From: an uncultured Planctomycetota bacterium
GTDB lineage: Bacteria; Planctomycetota; Planctomycetia; Isosphaerales; Isosphaeraceae
DNA: 64,000 bases
NCBI GenBank assembly: GCA_963737655.1
Contig: CAVTTN010000002.1
Location: 6,048,001 to 6,112,000, forward strand
Direction of reading: 5' to 3'
Under the pieces are notes generated by a model. The model ran no database searches. It was given only the letters and a program-made list of their open reading frames with translations, and was not told the DNA's origin. The translations under genes were made by a program, and so were the position numbers. Of this stretch, positions 50,506 to 60,483 are shown piece by piece; position 1 is the stretch's first letter, and each line of letters opens with the position of its first letter.

Positions 50506-51300
50506 TCAGGCGATGGCGGCCTTCGCCGCGCGGCGTCGGCGGGCGTAGCCCAGGGCGCCGGCCAGGCCCGTGCCCAGGATCGTCAGGCTCGCCGGCTCGG
50601 GCACCGCGTTCGTCTGCAACGTGAGCGAGCGGACGCCGGAGGAGGTGGAATTGTGGAACACCCCGTAGCTAGCAAAGTATCCATTGGCCATCGAGACAAC
50701 CGAGGGATCGAGCGCGGCCCCCACGACGAATTTCCCGCCCGCGTGGGCGTTGATCGAGGAGATTGCGGCCGGATTCAGCGCGATCGCCAGGGTCGTCCCG
50801 TCCTGGGACGCGGTGACGGTCGTGCTGCCGAGGAGGGTGCCGCCGCCCAGGTCGTTGAACAGCGCGACGTCGTTCGCGTAGCCCGGGGTCCCGGAATTGA
50901 ACGAGTTGTCGGCGGGAAGGGACGCCGCATCCTGAGACGCATCGAACAGATTCACCTTCAATGAAGTCACTCCAGCCAGAGTGCCTGCAAACGGATTGGA
51001 GAACCCCCCGACCGGTTCATCCAGGTGGATGGTCGCGTTCTGAACAACCGCGGAAACGCCGGACAGATCGAAGATGAAATAGGCCCTAGCTTCCCCTTGG
51101 CTGAACCCCGTGTCATAGGCGTGCACGAAATAATTGCTGGTTGTCGCCGAAACGTTCGGGGGACCGAAGAAGCCGCTGTCCGTGGTGTATCCACCCGAGG
51201 CCGACGCACCGATGGTGTAGTCGGCCCGGACGCTCGACCCGCCGAGCAGGGCGAGGGCGGCGAGGGCGGAGGCCAGGGGCAGGGAGCGGGCGCGAGTCAT
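50506..51300 (-). CDS. PEP-CTERM sorting domain protein
   Basis: Signal peptide MTRARSLPLASALAALALLGGSSVRA; C-terminal VPEPASLTILGTGLAGALGYARRRR. Confidence 0.93.
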   Translation of the reverse strand: MTRARSLPLASALAALALLGGSSVRADYTIGASASGGYTTDSGFFGPPNVSATTSNYFVHAYDTGFSQGEARAYFIFDLSGVSAVVQNATIHLDEPVGGFSNPFAGTLAGVTSLKVNLFDASQDAASLPADNSFNSGTPGYANDVALFNDLGGGTLLGSTTVTASQDGTTLAIALNPAAISSINAHAGGKFVVGAALDPSVVSMANGYFASYGVFHNSTSSGVRSLTLQTNAVPEPASLTILGTGLAGALGYARRRRAAKAAIA

Positions 51301-51755
51301 GGTAAGAGTTCCTCTCGTTGGGGGCCCCACGGAGGCCGGCGGAGGCCCGCGCGGCGCGGACCTTCCCCGGCCGTCCTTGCGGACCGGGGTGCGGGGTCGA
51401 TTCGAGACATCTTGACGGCGGCCCGAGGCTCCGCTCGATCGGTCGCCGTGGGGGGAGGAACGGTGTCGCTTCGATCTCGTCTGGGTGGACGTTCCGGGCG
51501 GACGGGATGCGGTCGGTGCATCCCGGGTGCGTGACGATCGGCCGCCTCGCGATCGTTCCCGTCTCCTTCTCGCAATCCGCGCCCGGCCCGAAACCCGGTT
51601 CGGGGGATTTTTCCGGACTTATTCCGGATTGTTGCAGAAATCGGATCGAAAAAAATGATGCGGGTCGCGGTCCGTTGCGGGATAATCGCGATTGGGGGCG
51701 GCGTCGCCCTCGGCCCCTTCGATCGCCCCGACCCCGGAACCGCGCGAGTTTCAGG

Positions 51756-52334
51756 ATGACCGGCCCCTCGGCGTCGCAGGACGATCCTCGCCGGATCGAG
51801 CGGACGCTCGAGACGTATCGCGGCTACCTGCTCTCGGTGGCCCAGGCGCTTCGCGGCGGGGCGACGGGCGACCGGGCCAGCCCCTCGGACCTCGTCCAGG
51901 AGGCGATGATCGCGGCCGTGCTCAAGGCCCGCGCCGGGCGGATGCCCGAGGGGGACGCAGCCCACCTCAGGTCCTGGCTGCGCACGATCCTCGTCCGCCT
52001 CCACGTGAGCGAGAAGCGTCGCGAGCACGCCAGGAAGCGGGCCGGGCTCCTCCGGGTCGATTTCCCGGGCGACGTACCACCCAGCGACCCCGGGACTCCC
52101 CCGACCGAGCGCGTGGCCCGGGCCGAGCTGGTCGGCCTGATCGGCGTCGCCTTCGCCGGGCTCGCCGAGGAGGACCAGCAACTCGTCCGCTGGCGATACC
52201 GCGACGGCGAGTCGTTCGAGGAGATCGGCCGCCGTCTCGGATGCTCGGCCGCCTATGCCGGACGAGTCAGCCGTCGGGCGCTCGATCGCCTCCGATCGGC
52301 CCTGCCCCCGGACGGGGACGGGGGCCCCGGATGA
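51756..52334 (+). CDS. ECF sigma-70 factor
   Basis: YRGYLLSVA, SPSDLVQEA, LRSWLRTIL, and a region-4 pattern L-x-EEDQQLVRWRY..GESFEEIGRRLG. Confidence 0.88.
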   Translation: MTGPSASQDDPRRIERTLETYRGYLLSVAQALRGGATGDRASPSDLVQEAMIAAVLKARAGRMPEGDAAHLRSWLRTILVRLHVSEKRREHARKRAGLLRVDFPGDVPPSDPGTPPTERVARAELVGLIGVAFAGLAEEDQQLVRWRYRDGESFEEIGRRLGCSAAYAGRVSRRALDRLRSALPPDGDGGPG

Positions 52335-54817
52335 GCCGGTCCGAGGACCGCACGGACCCGGCGACCGATCCGCCGAGCATCTCCCCCGCGTTCCGCTCGC
52401 TCCTGGGCCAGGCGCTCGGCGACGAGCCGGCCGGGCCCGCCGTCGATTCGTGGCGGATCGGCCGGTTCGAGGTTTTGGACGAGATCGACGGCGGGGGGTG
52501 CGGCGTCGTCCTCCGCGTGTTCGACCCCGTGGCTCGGGCCGAGCGGGCCATGAAGGTGCCCAACCTGCGGACGCTCGGGTCCGACTTCGCGTCCTCGCGA
52601 TTCCTCGACGAGGGGCGGAAGCTCGCGAGGGTCGATCACCCGAACGTGGCGCGGTTGTACGAGGTGGACGACAGCCGGGGCGTCCCCTACCTCGTGATGA
52701 AGTACTATCCCGAGGGGTCGCTGTCGAAGTGGCAGCGGAGGCGCGAGGGTCGGCCGGTCTGCCCCCGGTGGGCGGCCTCGCTCGTGGCCGGGCTCGCCGA
52801 CGGCGTGGCGGCGATCGCCCGCGCGGAGATGCTCCATCGCGACCTCAAGCCCGGGAACGTCCTCCTGGAGCGGATCGGCGACGACGACGACCCGGGCGAC
52901 CCGCCCCGCCTCCGCGCGGTGGTCGCGGACCTCGGGATGGCGAAGTTCCTCGACGACTCGGCCCCGCCCAGTCATCCGACCCATCCGGACGAGCCGATCG
53001 GGACGTACCTTTATATGAGCCCCGAGGCGGCGAAGGGGGCGAGGCACATCGGCCGGGCGAGCGACGTCTACGGCCTGGGCGTGATCCTCTTCGAGCTGCT
53101 CGCCGGTCGGCCCCCGTTCACCGGGCCGGGCCGCGCGGAGGTCGTGGCGAAGATCACGGCCGACGCCCCCCCGCCGTCGCCCCGATCGATCCGTCGCGAC
53201 CTGCCCCGCGACCTCGATCGGATTTGCCGGACCGCGATGGCGAAGGCCCCGGGGGATCGCTACACGTCGGCCGGGGCCATGGCCGCCGACCTCCGCGCGT
53301 TCGTCAATGGCGACCCGATCCGCGGATCGGGCTGGCCCCGCCGCCTCCGCGCCGCGATCCGGCATCGCAAGAGGCTCGCGGCGGGCGGCCTGATCGCCCT
53401 GGGCCTCCTCGGCGTCGGGGCCGTCGAGACCAGGCGCGAGGCCCTGAGCTGGATCCGACAGGTCGAGGCGGCGTCGGTCCCGTCGCTGCCGGCGCTGGTG
53501 AAAGATCGGCCCGCGTGGTGGCTGGTCGATGGCGACCTGAAGGCCCTGGCCCGGTCGGGGACCGATCGCCAGAAGCTGGCGGCGATGGTCGCCCTGGCCG
53601 GCCCGGACCGTGCCCGGACGCAGGCCGTCGCCGACCGGATGATCGCCGGGCCGTTCGAGGACGTCGGCCCGATCTGCCGGGCGCTCGACGGCCGGGCGCC
53701 GGGCCTGGTCGACGCCCTCCGCGATCGCGCCTCCGGGGGGCGGGGGACCGAGTCGAGCCGGGCGAACGCGGCCCTGGCCCTGGTCCACCTCGGCAGGCCG
53801 TCCGACGGCCTCGCCCTGTTCCGCGAGATCCGCGACCCGGGCGGCCGCGCCTACCTCGTCCATCGGCTCGGCCCCTCGGGCGTCGCGCCGGCCACCCTGG
53901 TCGCGGCCCTGGAGGCGTCCGGGGGGGCGGACACCCCGATCCGCCGGGGGCTCCTGCTCGCGATGGGCGAAGTGCCGACCGGCGCATGGCGGCCCGCCGA
54001 TCGCGAACGCGCCACCGGACGCGCCCTGGCCCTCTATCGAGCCGACCCCGATCCGGGGGTCCACGGCGCGGCCAAATGGCTCCTGAAGTCGTGGGGGCAG
54101 GGCCCGACCCTCGCGACGATCGACCGGGAGTTGTCCGAGGCACCCGCACCCCCGGGCCAGGGCTGGAGGGTCGGCCGCTCGCTCCTCACGTTCGTGAGGG
54201 TCGATCTGGGCGGGCCCGCGATCGAGGTCGCCGACACCGAATTGACCATCGGCCAGGCGAGGTCGCTCGACGTCCTGCCGGTGGGATATCTCGGCCTGAA
54301 GGGGCAGGACGACCTCCCGGCGACGGGCCTGAGCTACGAACTGGCCGCCCGCCTCTGCCTGGCGATCGACCGCGTCGAGCAGGTCGCCCCGGGCCCGGCG
54401 GCCGATCGGCCCGGCTTCCGGATGCCGGATGACGCGGAATTCCCCGGATATGTCCGCGCCGGGACCGGCTGCGATCGCCCCTACGGCGAGGCGTTCGAAT
54501 TCGTCGATCGCTACGTCCAGACGTTCGGCAACCGGCCCGGCCCCTTGCACCCCTTCCCGGTCGCGACGGCCAAGCCGAACGACCTCGGGCTCTTCGACAC
54601 CCTGGGCAACGTCGCCGAGCTGGGCCGGTGGACGGGCCCGGGGGGCAACCCCCAGAACCGGGCCGCCCTGCTCGGCGGCGACCTCCTCCGCCGCGGCTCC
54701 GACCTCTCGGCCGCGACCGTCGCCGGCCCCCAGAGCAACCGCTACACGATCCCCCTGTCCCTCAGGCACGGGCTGCGAGTGGTCCGCACGCTCGAAGTTC
54801 GCGAGCCGCGTCCCTAG
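52331..54817 (+). CDS. Ser/Thr protein kinase with TM segment and degenerate C-terminal FGE-sulfatase-like domain
   Basis: GGGCGVV, HRDLKPGN, DLG, YMSPE and DVYGLG; C-terminal KPNDLGLFDTLGNVAE...GLRVVRT; ATGA overlap with the sigma gene. Confidence 0.9.
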   Translation: MSRSEDRTDPATDPPSISPAFRSLLGQALGDEPAGPAVDSWRIGRFEVLDEIDGGGCGVVLRVFDPVARAERAMKVPNLRTLGSDFASSRFLDEGRKLARVDHPNVARLYEVDDSRGVPYLVMKYYPEGSLSKWQRRREGRPVCPRWAASLVAGLADGVAAIARAEMLHRDLKPGNVLLERIGDDDDPGDPPRLRAVVADLGMAKFLDDSAPPSHPTHPDEPIGTYLYMSPEAAKGARHIGRASDVYGLGVILFELLAGRPPFTGPGRAEVVAKITADAPPPSPRSIRRDLPRDLDRICRTAMAKAPGDRYTSAGAMAADLRAFVNGDPIRGSGWPRRLRAAIRHRKRLAAGGLIALGLLGVGAVETRREALSWIRQVEAASVPSLPALVKDRPAWWLVDGDLKALARSGTDRQKLAAMVALAGPDRARTQAVADRMIAGPFEDVGPICRALDGRAPGLVDALRDRASGGRGTESSRANAALALVHLGRPSDGLALFREIRDPGGRAYLVHRLGPSGVAPATLVAALEASGGADTPIRRGLLLAMGEVPTGAWRPADRERATGRALALYRADPDPGVHGAAKWLLKSWGQGPTLATIDRELSEAPAPPGQGWRVGRSLLTFVRVDLGGPAIEVADTELTIGQARSLDVLPVGYLGLKGQDDLPATGLSYELAARLCLAIDRVEQVAPGPAADRPGFRMPDDAEFPGYVRAGTGCDRPYGEAFEFVDRYVQTFGNRPGPLHPFPVATAKPNDLGLFDTLGNVAELGRWTGPGGNPQNRAALLGGDLLRRGSDLSAATVAGPQSNRYTIPLSLRHGLRVVRTLEVREPRP

Positions 54818-54848
54818 AGCGATCGACACCGGAACGAAAGGATCCGCG

Positions 54849-55220
54849 ATGGCCAAGATCAACGGTATCTTCCAAGCCTGCTCGGGCATATGCACCTGGA
54901 CACGCGACGGTTCGGGGAACTGGACCGTGACGGGCACCTGCACCGCACCGTGCTCATGCTATGATCCGAATGAACTGGCGACTAACCCGAGTCCTCACCC
55001 CGGCCAGTCGGGCGGCCCGACGCTCACCGATGCGGTCTTCCTCGGCAAGATCGCCCTCTACGACCTGGCCGCGGACGACGCGAGATCCCTCCGAAGGAGG
55101 CTGGGCCCCGCAGCGGCCCCGGACCGCCGCCACGCGATCTTCACGTCGAAGAGTGGCACGAGCACCGCGGCCGCGCCCCAGGCCGGCGACGTCTACGAGA
55201 CGGATTGCTACGAGCCGTGA
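54849..55220 (+). CDS. Small Cys-rich hypothetical protein
   Basis: AAAGGA RBS; 123 aa; CSGICTW...W...CTAPCSC...YETDC. Confidence 0.7.
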   Translation: MAKINGIFQACSGICTWTRDGSGNWTVTGTCTAPCSCYDPNELATNPSPHPGQSGGPTLTDAVFLGKIALYDLAADDARSLRRRLGPAAAPDRRHAIFTSKSGTSTAAAPQAGDVYETDCYEP

Positions 55221-55222
55221 AC

Positions 55223-55963
55223 ATGGATGGGACCTTTTTGGGCGCTGGGGCTCCGCGGCCGATGTTCGCCTCGACGCGATGGGGGATCGTCCTGGCCGCG
55301 AAGGGGCGGGACGATCCCGGGGCGGCGGAGGCCTTGGGCGAACTGGTCTCGGCGTACTGGTATCCGATCTATGCCTTCGTGCGGAGCAAGGGGTTTCTCG
55401 CCGACGAGGCGGAAGACCTGGTCCAGGGGTTTTTCGCGAGCCTCCTGGAGAGGGACGGGCTGGCGACCGTCGATCCGGCCCGGGGCCGTTTCCGGTCGTT
55501 CCTGATGGCGTGCTGCTCCCATTACCTGGCGAACCAGAGGGACCGCGACCGCCGGTTGAAGCGGGGCGGGGGCCGGTTGACGGCCTCGCTCGATCGGGGC
55601 GAGGCCGAGTCTCGCTATCTTCGCGAGCCCGGCCATGAGCGGACTCCCGAGCGGGTGTATCTGCGTCGATGGGCCACGACGTTGCTGGACCTGGTGATGG
55701 ATCGCCTGGGAAGGGAGATGGCGGCCTCGGGCAAGGCGGCGGTGTTCGAGGCTCTCAAGCCGCTCCTGGTCGGCGAGGACTCGGCCTCGTACCGCCGCCA
55801 GGGGGCGACGGTCGGCCTGAGCGAGGGGGCCGCCCGGGTCGCCGCCCATCGGATCCGGGCCCGATATCGCGAGATCCTCCGCGAGGAGGTCGGGCGGACC
55901 GTGGCCGATCCGGGCGAGGTGGACGAGGAGCTCCGCGACCTGTTCGCCGCCCTCTCGGATTGA
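55223..55963 (+). CDS. ECF sigma-70 factor (F-x-T-x-W N-terminal type)
   Basis: FASTRWGIV, YWYPIYAFVR, AEDLVQGFF, RGRFRSFL, KRGGG and AHRIRARY. Confidence 0.9.
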   Translation: MDGTFLGAGAPRPMFASTRWGIVLAAKGRDDPGAAEALGELVSAYWYPIYAFVRSKGFLADEAEDLVQGFFASLLERDGLATVDPARGRFRSFLMACCSHYLANQRDRDRRLKRGGGRLTASLDRGEAESRYLREPGHERTPERVYLRRWATTLLDLVMDRLGREMAASGKAAVFEALKPLLVGEDSASYRRQGATVGLSEGAARVAAHRIRARYREILREEVGRTVADPGEVDEELRDLFAALSD

Positions 55964-56042
55964 TCCGCGAGGAGCCTTGTAACGCCCGGGCGGTTCCGCT
56001 TCTCTCTCCGGGGAGGACTTCGACGACCCGAGGGACGCGACC

Positions 56043-59000
56043 ATGCCCGGCCCGACGACCTGCGCCCATTGCGGGGCCCCGCTCGACCGCGACGAACCGC
56101 ACGGCCTTTGCGTGGCCTGCCTGCTCCTCGCCGCCATGCCGCCGGGGGAGGCCGAGACGATCGCCCGGCCGACCGTCGGCCCCGAGATCGGCGACATGGC
56201 GACCGTCCTCCGCATGACCGAGCCGGCCGTCGAGCCCGAGCCGTTCGAGACCCTCCACTACTTCGGCGATTACGAGCTGATCCGCGAGGTCGCGCGAGGG
56301 GGGATGGGCGTCGTGTACGAGGCCCGGCAGGTCTCCCTGGGCCGGAGCGTGGCCCTGAAGATGATCCTGGCCGGTCAACTGGCGACCGAGGCCGACGTGG
56401 CCCGGTTCCATGCCGAGGCCGAGGCCGCCGCCCGGCTCGATCACCCGGGGATCGTGCCGATCTTCGAGATCGGCGAGCATGACGGCCGGCATTACTTCAG
56501 CATGGCCTTCATCGAGGGTCGGAGCCTGGCCCAGACGATCGCCGGCGTGCCGCTTCCTCCGAGGGACGCCGCCGCGATCGTGGCGGAGGTGGCCGGGGCG
56601 GTCCAGTATGCCCATGAGAACGGGATCATCCATCGCGATTTGAAGCCTCAAAACGTGCTGATCGACGTCCTCGGCCGCGCCCGGGTCACGGATTTCGGCC
56701 TGGCGAAGCGGTTGGAGGGCGATTCGGGGCTCACGGCGACCGGGCAGGTCATGGGGACCCCCGGATTCATGCCGCCGGAGCAGGCGCAGGGACGATCGGA
56801 CGTCGGCCCCCCGGCCGATATCTACAGCCTCGGCGCGGTCCTGTACGCGACCCTCACGGGCCGCCCGCCGTTCCAGGCGGCCTCGGCGATGGACACGCTC
56901 TTGCAGGTCCTGGAACGCGAGCCGGTGCCGCCTCGGCAGATGAACCCGGCGATCCCGAGGGAGCTGGAGACGATCTGCCTGAAGGCCCTGGAAAAAGACC
57001 CGAGCCGGAGGTACGAGACGGCCCGAGGGCTGGCCGAGGACCTCGGCCGATGGTCGCGAGGGGAGCCGATCCGGGCGAGGCGGGCGTCGATGGCCGAACG
57101 GGCGTGGAAGTGGGGCCGGAGGCGCCCGGCGGCGGCGGTCCTGATCTTCGTGGGGCTCGCGGCGGTGGCCCTGGCCGCCGGGTTGGGCGTGGCCGCCCGG
57201 TACAACCGGCGATTGAGCGATTCGCTGAAGTCCGAGGCGACGGCGAGGGTCGAGGCCCAGAAACAACGCGAAGACGCCCGCCGCTTCTGGTACGCGGCCG
57301 ACGTGAACCTCGCCCAGAGGTACTGGCTCGATGCCCGGGTCGATCGGGCCCGGGCGATCCTCGACCGCCAGAGGCCGGGCCCGGGCCAGGCCGACCTCCG
57401 CGAGTTCTCCTGGTGGTATCTCTGGAACGCCAGCCACGCCGAGAAGACCATTTCCAACGCCCTGGCCGGGAACAGCCTGGATGCCCTGGCGTTCGATCGC
57501 GACGGGCGACGCCTCCTGACCGGCTTGCCAAACACCCGAGGGGAGAAACGCAACGGCCTGGTCGTCGCCTTCGACCCGGACGGGCACGCCCCGGCCACGA
57601 CCCTCTGGCAGACGAACTTCCTGAATGCGTACTGCGCGGCGGAGATCGGAGGGGTCTGGGCGGGGCTCGCCGAGGACGGGCTCTGGATCGGCGGCGAAGG
57701 CCCGCCCCGGAAGCTCGCGATCGGAGACGAGCCGGTCGACCTGCTCGCCCTCTCGCGAGACGGCCGGCTCCTGGCCGGGCTGGCTCGCGACGAGACGGGG
57801 AAGACCGTGTGGGCCGTCGAGACGGCCTCCGGACGGGTCCGGGCCCGGTTCAGGACGGGAATCTCGCCGTCGGCCGCGGTGTTCGCCCCCGACGGCTCGT
57901 GGCTGGCCCTGGGCGGCAACCTCGTGAGCGTCGATGGCGACACGACGATCATCACCGTGGGGGTCTCCCTGATCCAGGTCGTCCCCCTGGACGATCCGGG
58001 GAAGCGTTGGGAGCTCGGTTCGCGATTGAACCGCCTGACCTGCCTCGCCGTCTCGCCCGACGGCTCGTCGCTGATCTCGGGCGGGTCGTCGGCCGATAGC
58101 CCCCCGGCGGGGGTGGTCGAGGTCTGGGACGTTCCGAAGAAGGCGATCCGAAGCCAGTTCGCGGGCTCTCGCCATGAGGTGAACTGCCTGGCGGTCTCGC
58201 CGGATGGCCGATCGTTGGCCGTGGGGGGGGATGACCGCCTGGTCCGGCTCCTCCGGCTGGGCCGCGAGGGATCGTCCTGGGCGGAGAGGGCCGGCGCGTC
58301 CCTGGCGACGTTCCGCGGCCACCTCGTCCCGGTCACGGCCCTGGCCTTCTCGCCCGACGGCCGGACCCTGGCCTCGGGCGACCTGGCCGGCTCGGTCCGC
58401 ACCTGGGACCCGTCGAGCAACCCCGAGTTCCGGGCTTTGGAGGAGCAGCCGTACGCGATCCAGGACGTCGCCTTCTCGCCCGACGGCAAGACGGTGGTCT
58501 CGGCCGACTATCGGAACGTCCTCGTGTTCGACGCCGGGACGGGCCGGAAGGCCGCCGGGTTCGAGATCGATCACTGGAGCTTCGCGATGGCCCTCTCGCC
58601 CGACGGCCGGACGCTCGCGACCGGGGGCCAGACCGGGACCGGCGGAGGCCCTCCGGCCCTGATCCGGCTCTGGGACGTTGCCTCGGGCCGGGCGATCGGC
58701 ACCCTCCTGCCCGGCGAGGGGGCCGAGAGCGTCACCGAGCTGGTTTTCTCGCCCGACGGCCGGTTCCTCGCGACCAATCCGAGCCGATATGACTCGGACC
58801 TGGGCAAGACGGTCTCGCGGGTCGAGGTCTGGGACGTGGCTCGTCGCCGGGTCGCCTGGGCCCTCCGAGACGGCGCCTCCCCCCTGGCCTTCTCGCCCGA
58901 CGGCCGGACCCTCGCGGCCGAGGGCGGCGATCGCGCGATCCGCTTCCTCGACCCGGCCACCGGCCGGGAGCGGCCGGGGACGTGGCCCCGGATCGCCCTG

Positions 59001-59357
59001 GCCTCTCATCTCACGTTCTCGGCCGACGGCCGACGGATCGCCGCGAGGATCTCCACCGGCGGGGTCTCGGTCTGGAAGACCGACCAGGAGGGGCCGGAGG
59101 CGACCATCCCGGAGGTCCACGGCCCGATCGCCTTCTCGCCCGACGGCCTGAGCCTGGCGGCCTGCGACGGCATCGACCTCGTGATTCATCAGGTCGCCAC
59201 CGGGCAGGAGCTCGCCCGCCTCAGCGGCCACATCTATCCGCCCGACTGCCTGGCGTTCTCGCCCGACGGCGCGACCCTCGCCTCCGGCGGCGGCTCTCGC
59301 GACGAGAACGACGGCGTCCACCTCTGGAGGGCCCCGAGGGTCGAGGCGAGGAGGTGA
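56043..59357 (+). CDS. Ser/Thr protein kinase with N-terminal Zn-ribbon, TM segment and WD40 repeats
   Basis: CAHCG...CVAC; RGGMGVVY, VALK, HRDLKPQN, DFG, GTPGFMPPEQA and DIYSLG; many AFSPDG...WD repeats. Confidence 0.95.
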   Translation: MPGPTTCAHCGAPLDRDEPHGLCVACLLLAAMPPGEAETIARPTVGPEIGDMATVLRMTEPAVEPEPFETLHYFGDYELIREVARGGMGVVYEARQVSLGRSVALKMILAGQLATEADVARFHAEAEAAARLDHPGIVPIFEIGEHDGRHYFSMAFIEGRSLAQTIAGVPLPPRDAAAIVAEVAGAVQYAHENGIIHRDLKPQNVLIDVLGRARVTDFGLAKRLEGDSGLTATGQVMGTPGFMPPEQAQGRSDVGPPADIYSLGAVLYATLTGRPPFQAASAMDTLLQVLEREPVPPRQMNPAIPRELETICLKALEKDPSRRYETARGLAEDLGRWSRGEPIRARRASMAERAWKWGRRRPAAAVLIFVGLAAVALAAGLGVAARYNRRLSDSLKSEATARVEAQKQREDARRFWYAADVNLAQRYWLDARVDRARAILDRQRPGPGQADLREFSWWYLWNASHAEKTISNALAGNSLDALAFDRDGRRLLTGLPNTRGEKRNGLVVAFDPDGHAPATTLWQTNFLNAYCAAEIGGVWAGLAEDGLWIGGEGPPRKLAIGDEPVDLLALSRDGRLLAGLARDETGKTVWAVETASGRVRARFRTGISPSAAVFAPDGSWLALGGNLVSVDGDTTIITVGVSLIQVVPLDDPGKRWELGSRLNRLTCLAVSPDGSSLISGGSSADSPPAGVVEVWDVPKKAIRSQFAGSRHEVNCLAVSPDGRSLAVGGDDRLVRLLRLGREGSSWAERAGASLATFRGHLVPVTALAFSPDGRTLASGDLAGSVRTWDPSSNPEFRALEEQPYAIQDVAFSPDGKTVVSADYRNVLVFDAGTGRKAAGFEIDHWSFAMALSPDGRTLATGGQTGTGGGPPALIRLWDVASGRAIGTLLPGEGAESVTELVFSPDGRFLATNPSRYDSDLGKTVSRVEVWDVARRRVAWALRDGASPLAFSPDGRTLAAEGGDRAIRFLDPATGRERPGTWPRIALASHLTFSADGRRIAARISTGGVSVWKTDQEGPEATIPEVHGPIAFSPDGLSLAACDGIDLVIHQVATGQELARLSGHIYPPDCLAFSPDGATLASGGGSRDENDGVHLWRAPRVEARR

Positions 59358-59618
59358 CCGAGCCGCGAGCGACGTTCTCGATTCGGAAGGTCTCACGCCT
59401 CCGAAGCCGGAAGCCGGTGTGAGGGGAAATGGAGACATGGAGGGGAGAAGGGGAGGAGGGGACGTTCTGAATCTCGAGGATTGTCCCAGGCTGCCGAGCA
59501 AGCCGCCTCAGCTAGCCTTGCCGGGGGCCGGGCCGCCGCGGGCGTTCTTTGGTACGATCGAGGCCACGGGTCGGCGGCCGGTCTGCGGAGCCTGGACTTG
59601 AACGGCGGAGGCGGTGAT

Positions 59619-60176
59619 ATGATGCGGAGGCGCACCTGGACGATCGCTCGGCTGATGGCCGATGTCGCGATCTTCTCCGTCGGCCTGGCGGCCCTGCATG
59701 CTTTGTTGCCGTTCCGCGTGGGCGATGACCCGGGCGTTGGCGTTCTGACCCTTCCCCTGGCCTTGATCCTGACGACCGGGGCGGATCGGGCCGTGTTCGG
59801 CGGGAGATCCCGGGCGTTCTGGCTCGGGTTCGCGGCGACGGGTTGGTTGTGCGCGGCCGTGGCCCTGATGAATCTGCATGCGACCCGGAGCTATCTCCTC
59901 CGGTACGGGCCGCCGGTGGTCCGGGCCCGTCAGGAGTTCCTTCGGCAGCATGTCGCGGTCCGAAGGGCGGAGGCCGCCGGCCTCGTTTTGCCGCCTCCGG
60001 TGCCCGTGTCGGAGTGGATTCTGCTCGCGTCGGCGCTCACCGAAGTGGGGCTCGGGTTGGGCCTCGGACTCCTCGCCGCCTCGGCGGGCGGTCTGGTCGT
60101 GGCCTCCCCGGCGTGGATCGCCCGGGCGAGGGGCCGGGGAGAGTCGTTCGTCCGCCGGGCCGGGGGCCCCGACTGA
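59619..60176 (+). CDS. Hypothetical membrane protein
   Basis: GGAGG RBS; N-terminal RRRTWTIARLM; about 4 hydrophobic segments; RAFWLGFA. Confidence 0.7.
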   Translation: MMRRRTWTIARLMADVAIFSVGLAALHALLPFRVGDDPGVGVLTLPLALILTTGADRAVFGGRSRAFWLGFAATGWLCAAVALMNLHATRSYLLRYGPPVVRARQEFLRQHVAVRRAEAAGLVLPPPVPVSEWILLASALTEVGLGLGLGLLAASAGGLVVASPAWIARARGRGESFVRRAGGPD

Positions 60177-60483
60177 CCTCGCGAGGGAGCGGGCCCGGCC
60201 CACGAGGCCGCCGACCATCCGTCGGCTCGTCGTCGATGCCTGGCGTCCGCCGCGACGCCGATACGAAGAAGACGGTTTCGCCGGGAGGGTCCCGGGAACG
60301 GTCGGTCGGGGCGTCTCCCCGGGACGGCTCGCGGCTCCGGCGCTCCGTTTCTCCCGGGTTTGGGTGAGGCGGGAAAAGGCGCGAGGAAATGCAGGCAGGC
60401 GCCAGTAAAGTGAAAGGGGTCGTTCTACAGAGCAACGGGCTCCCCGTTTCGCGGGCCGATCCACTTCGGAGCGGGGATAATCG

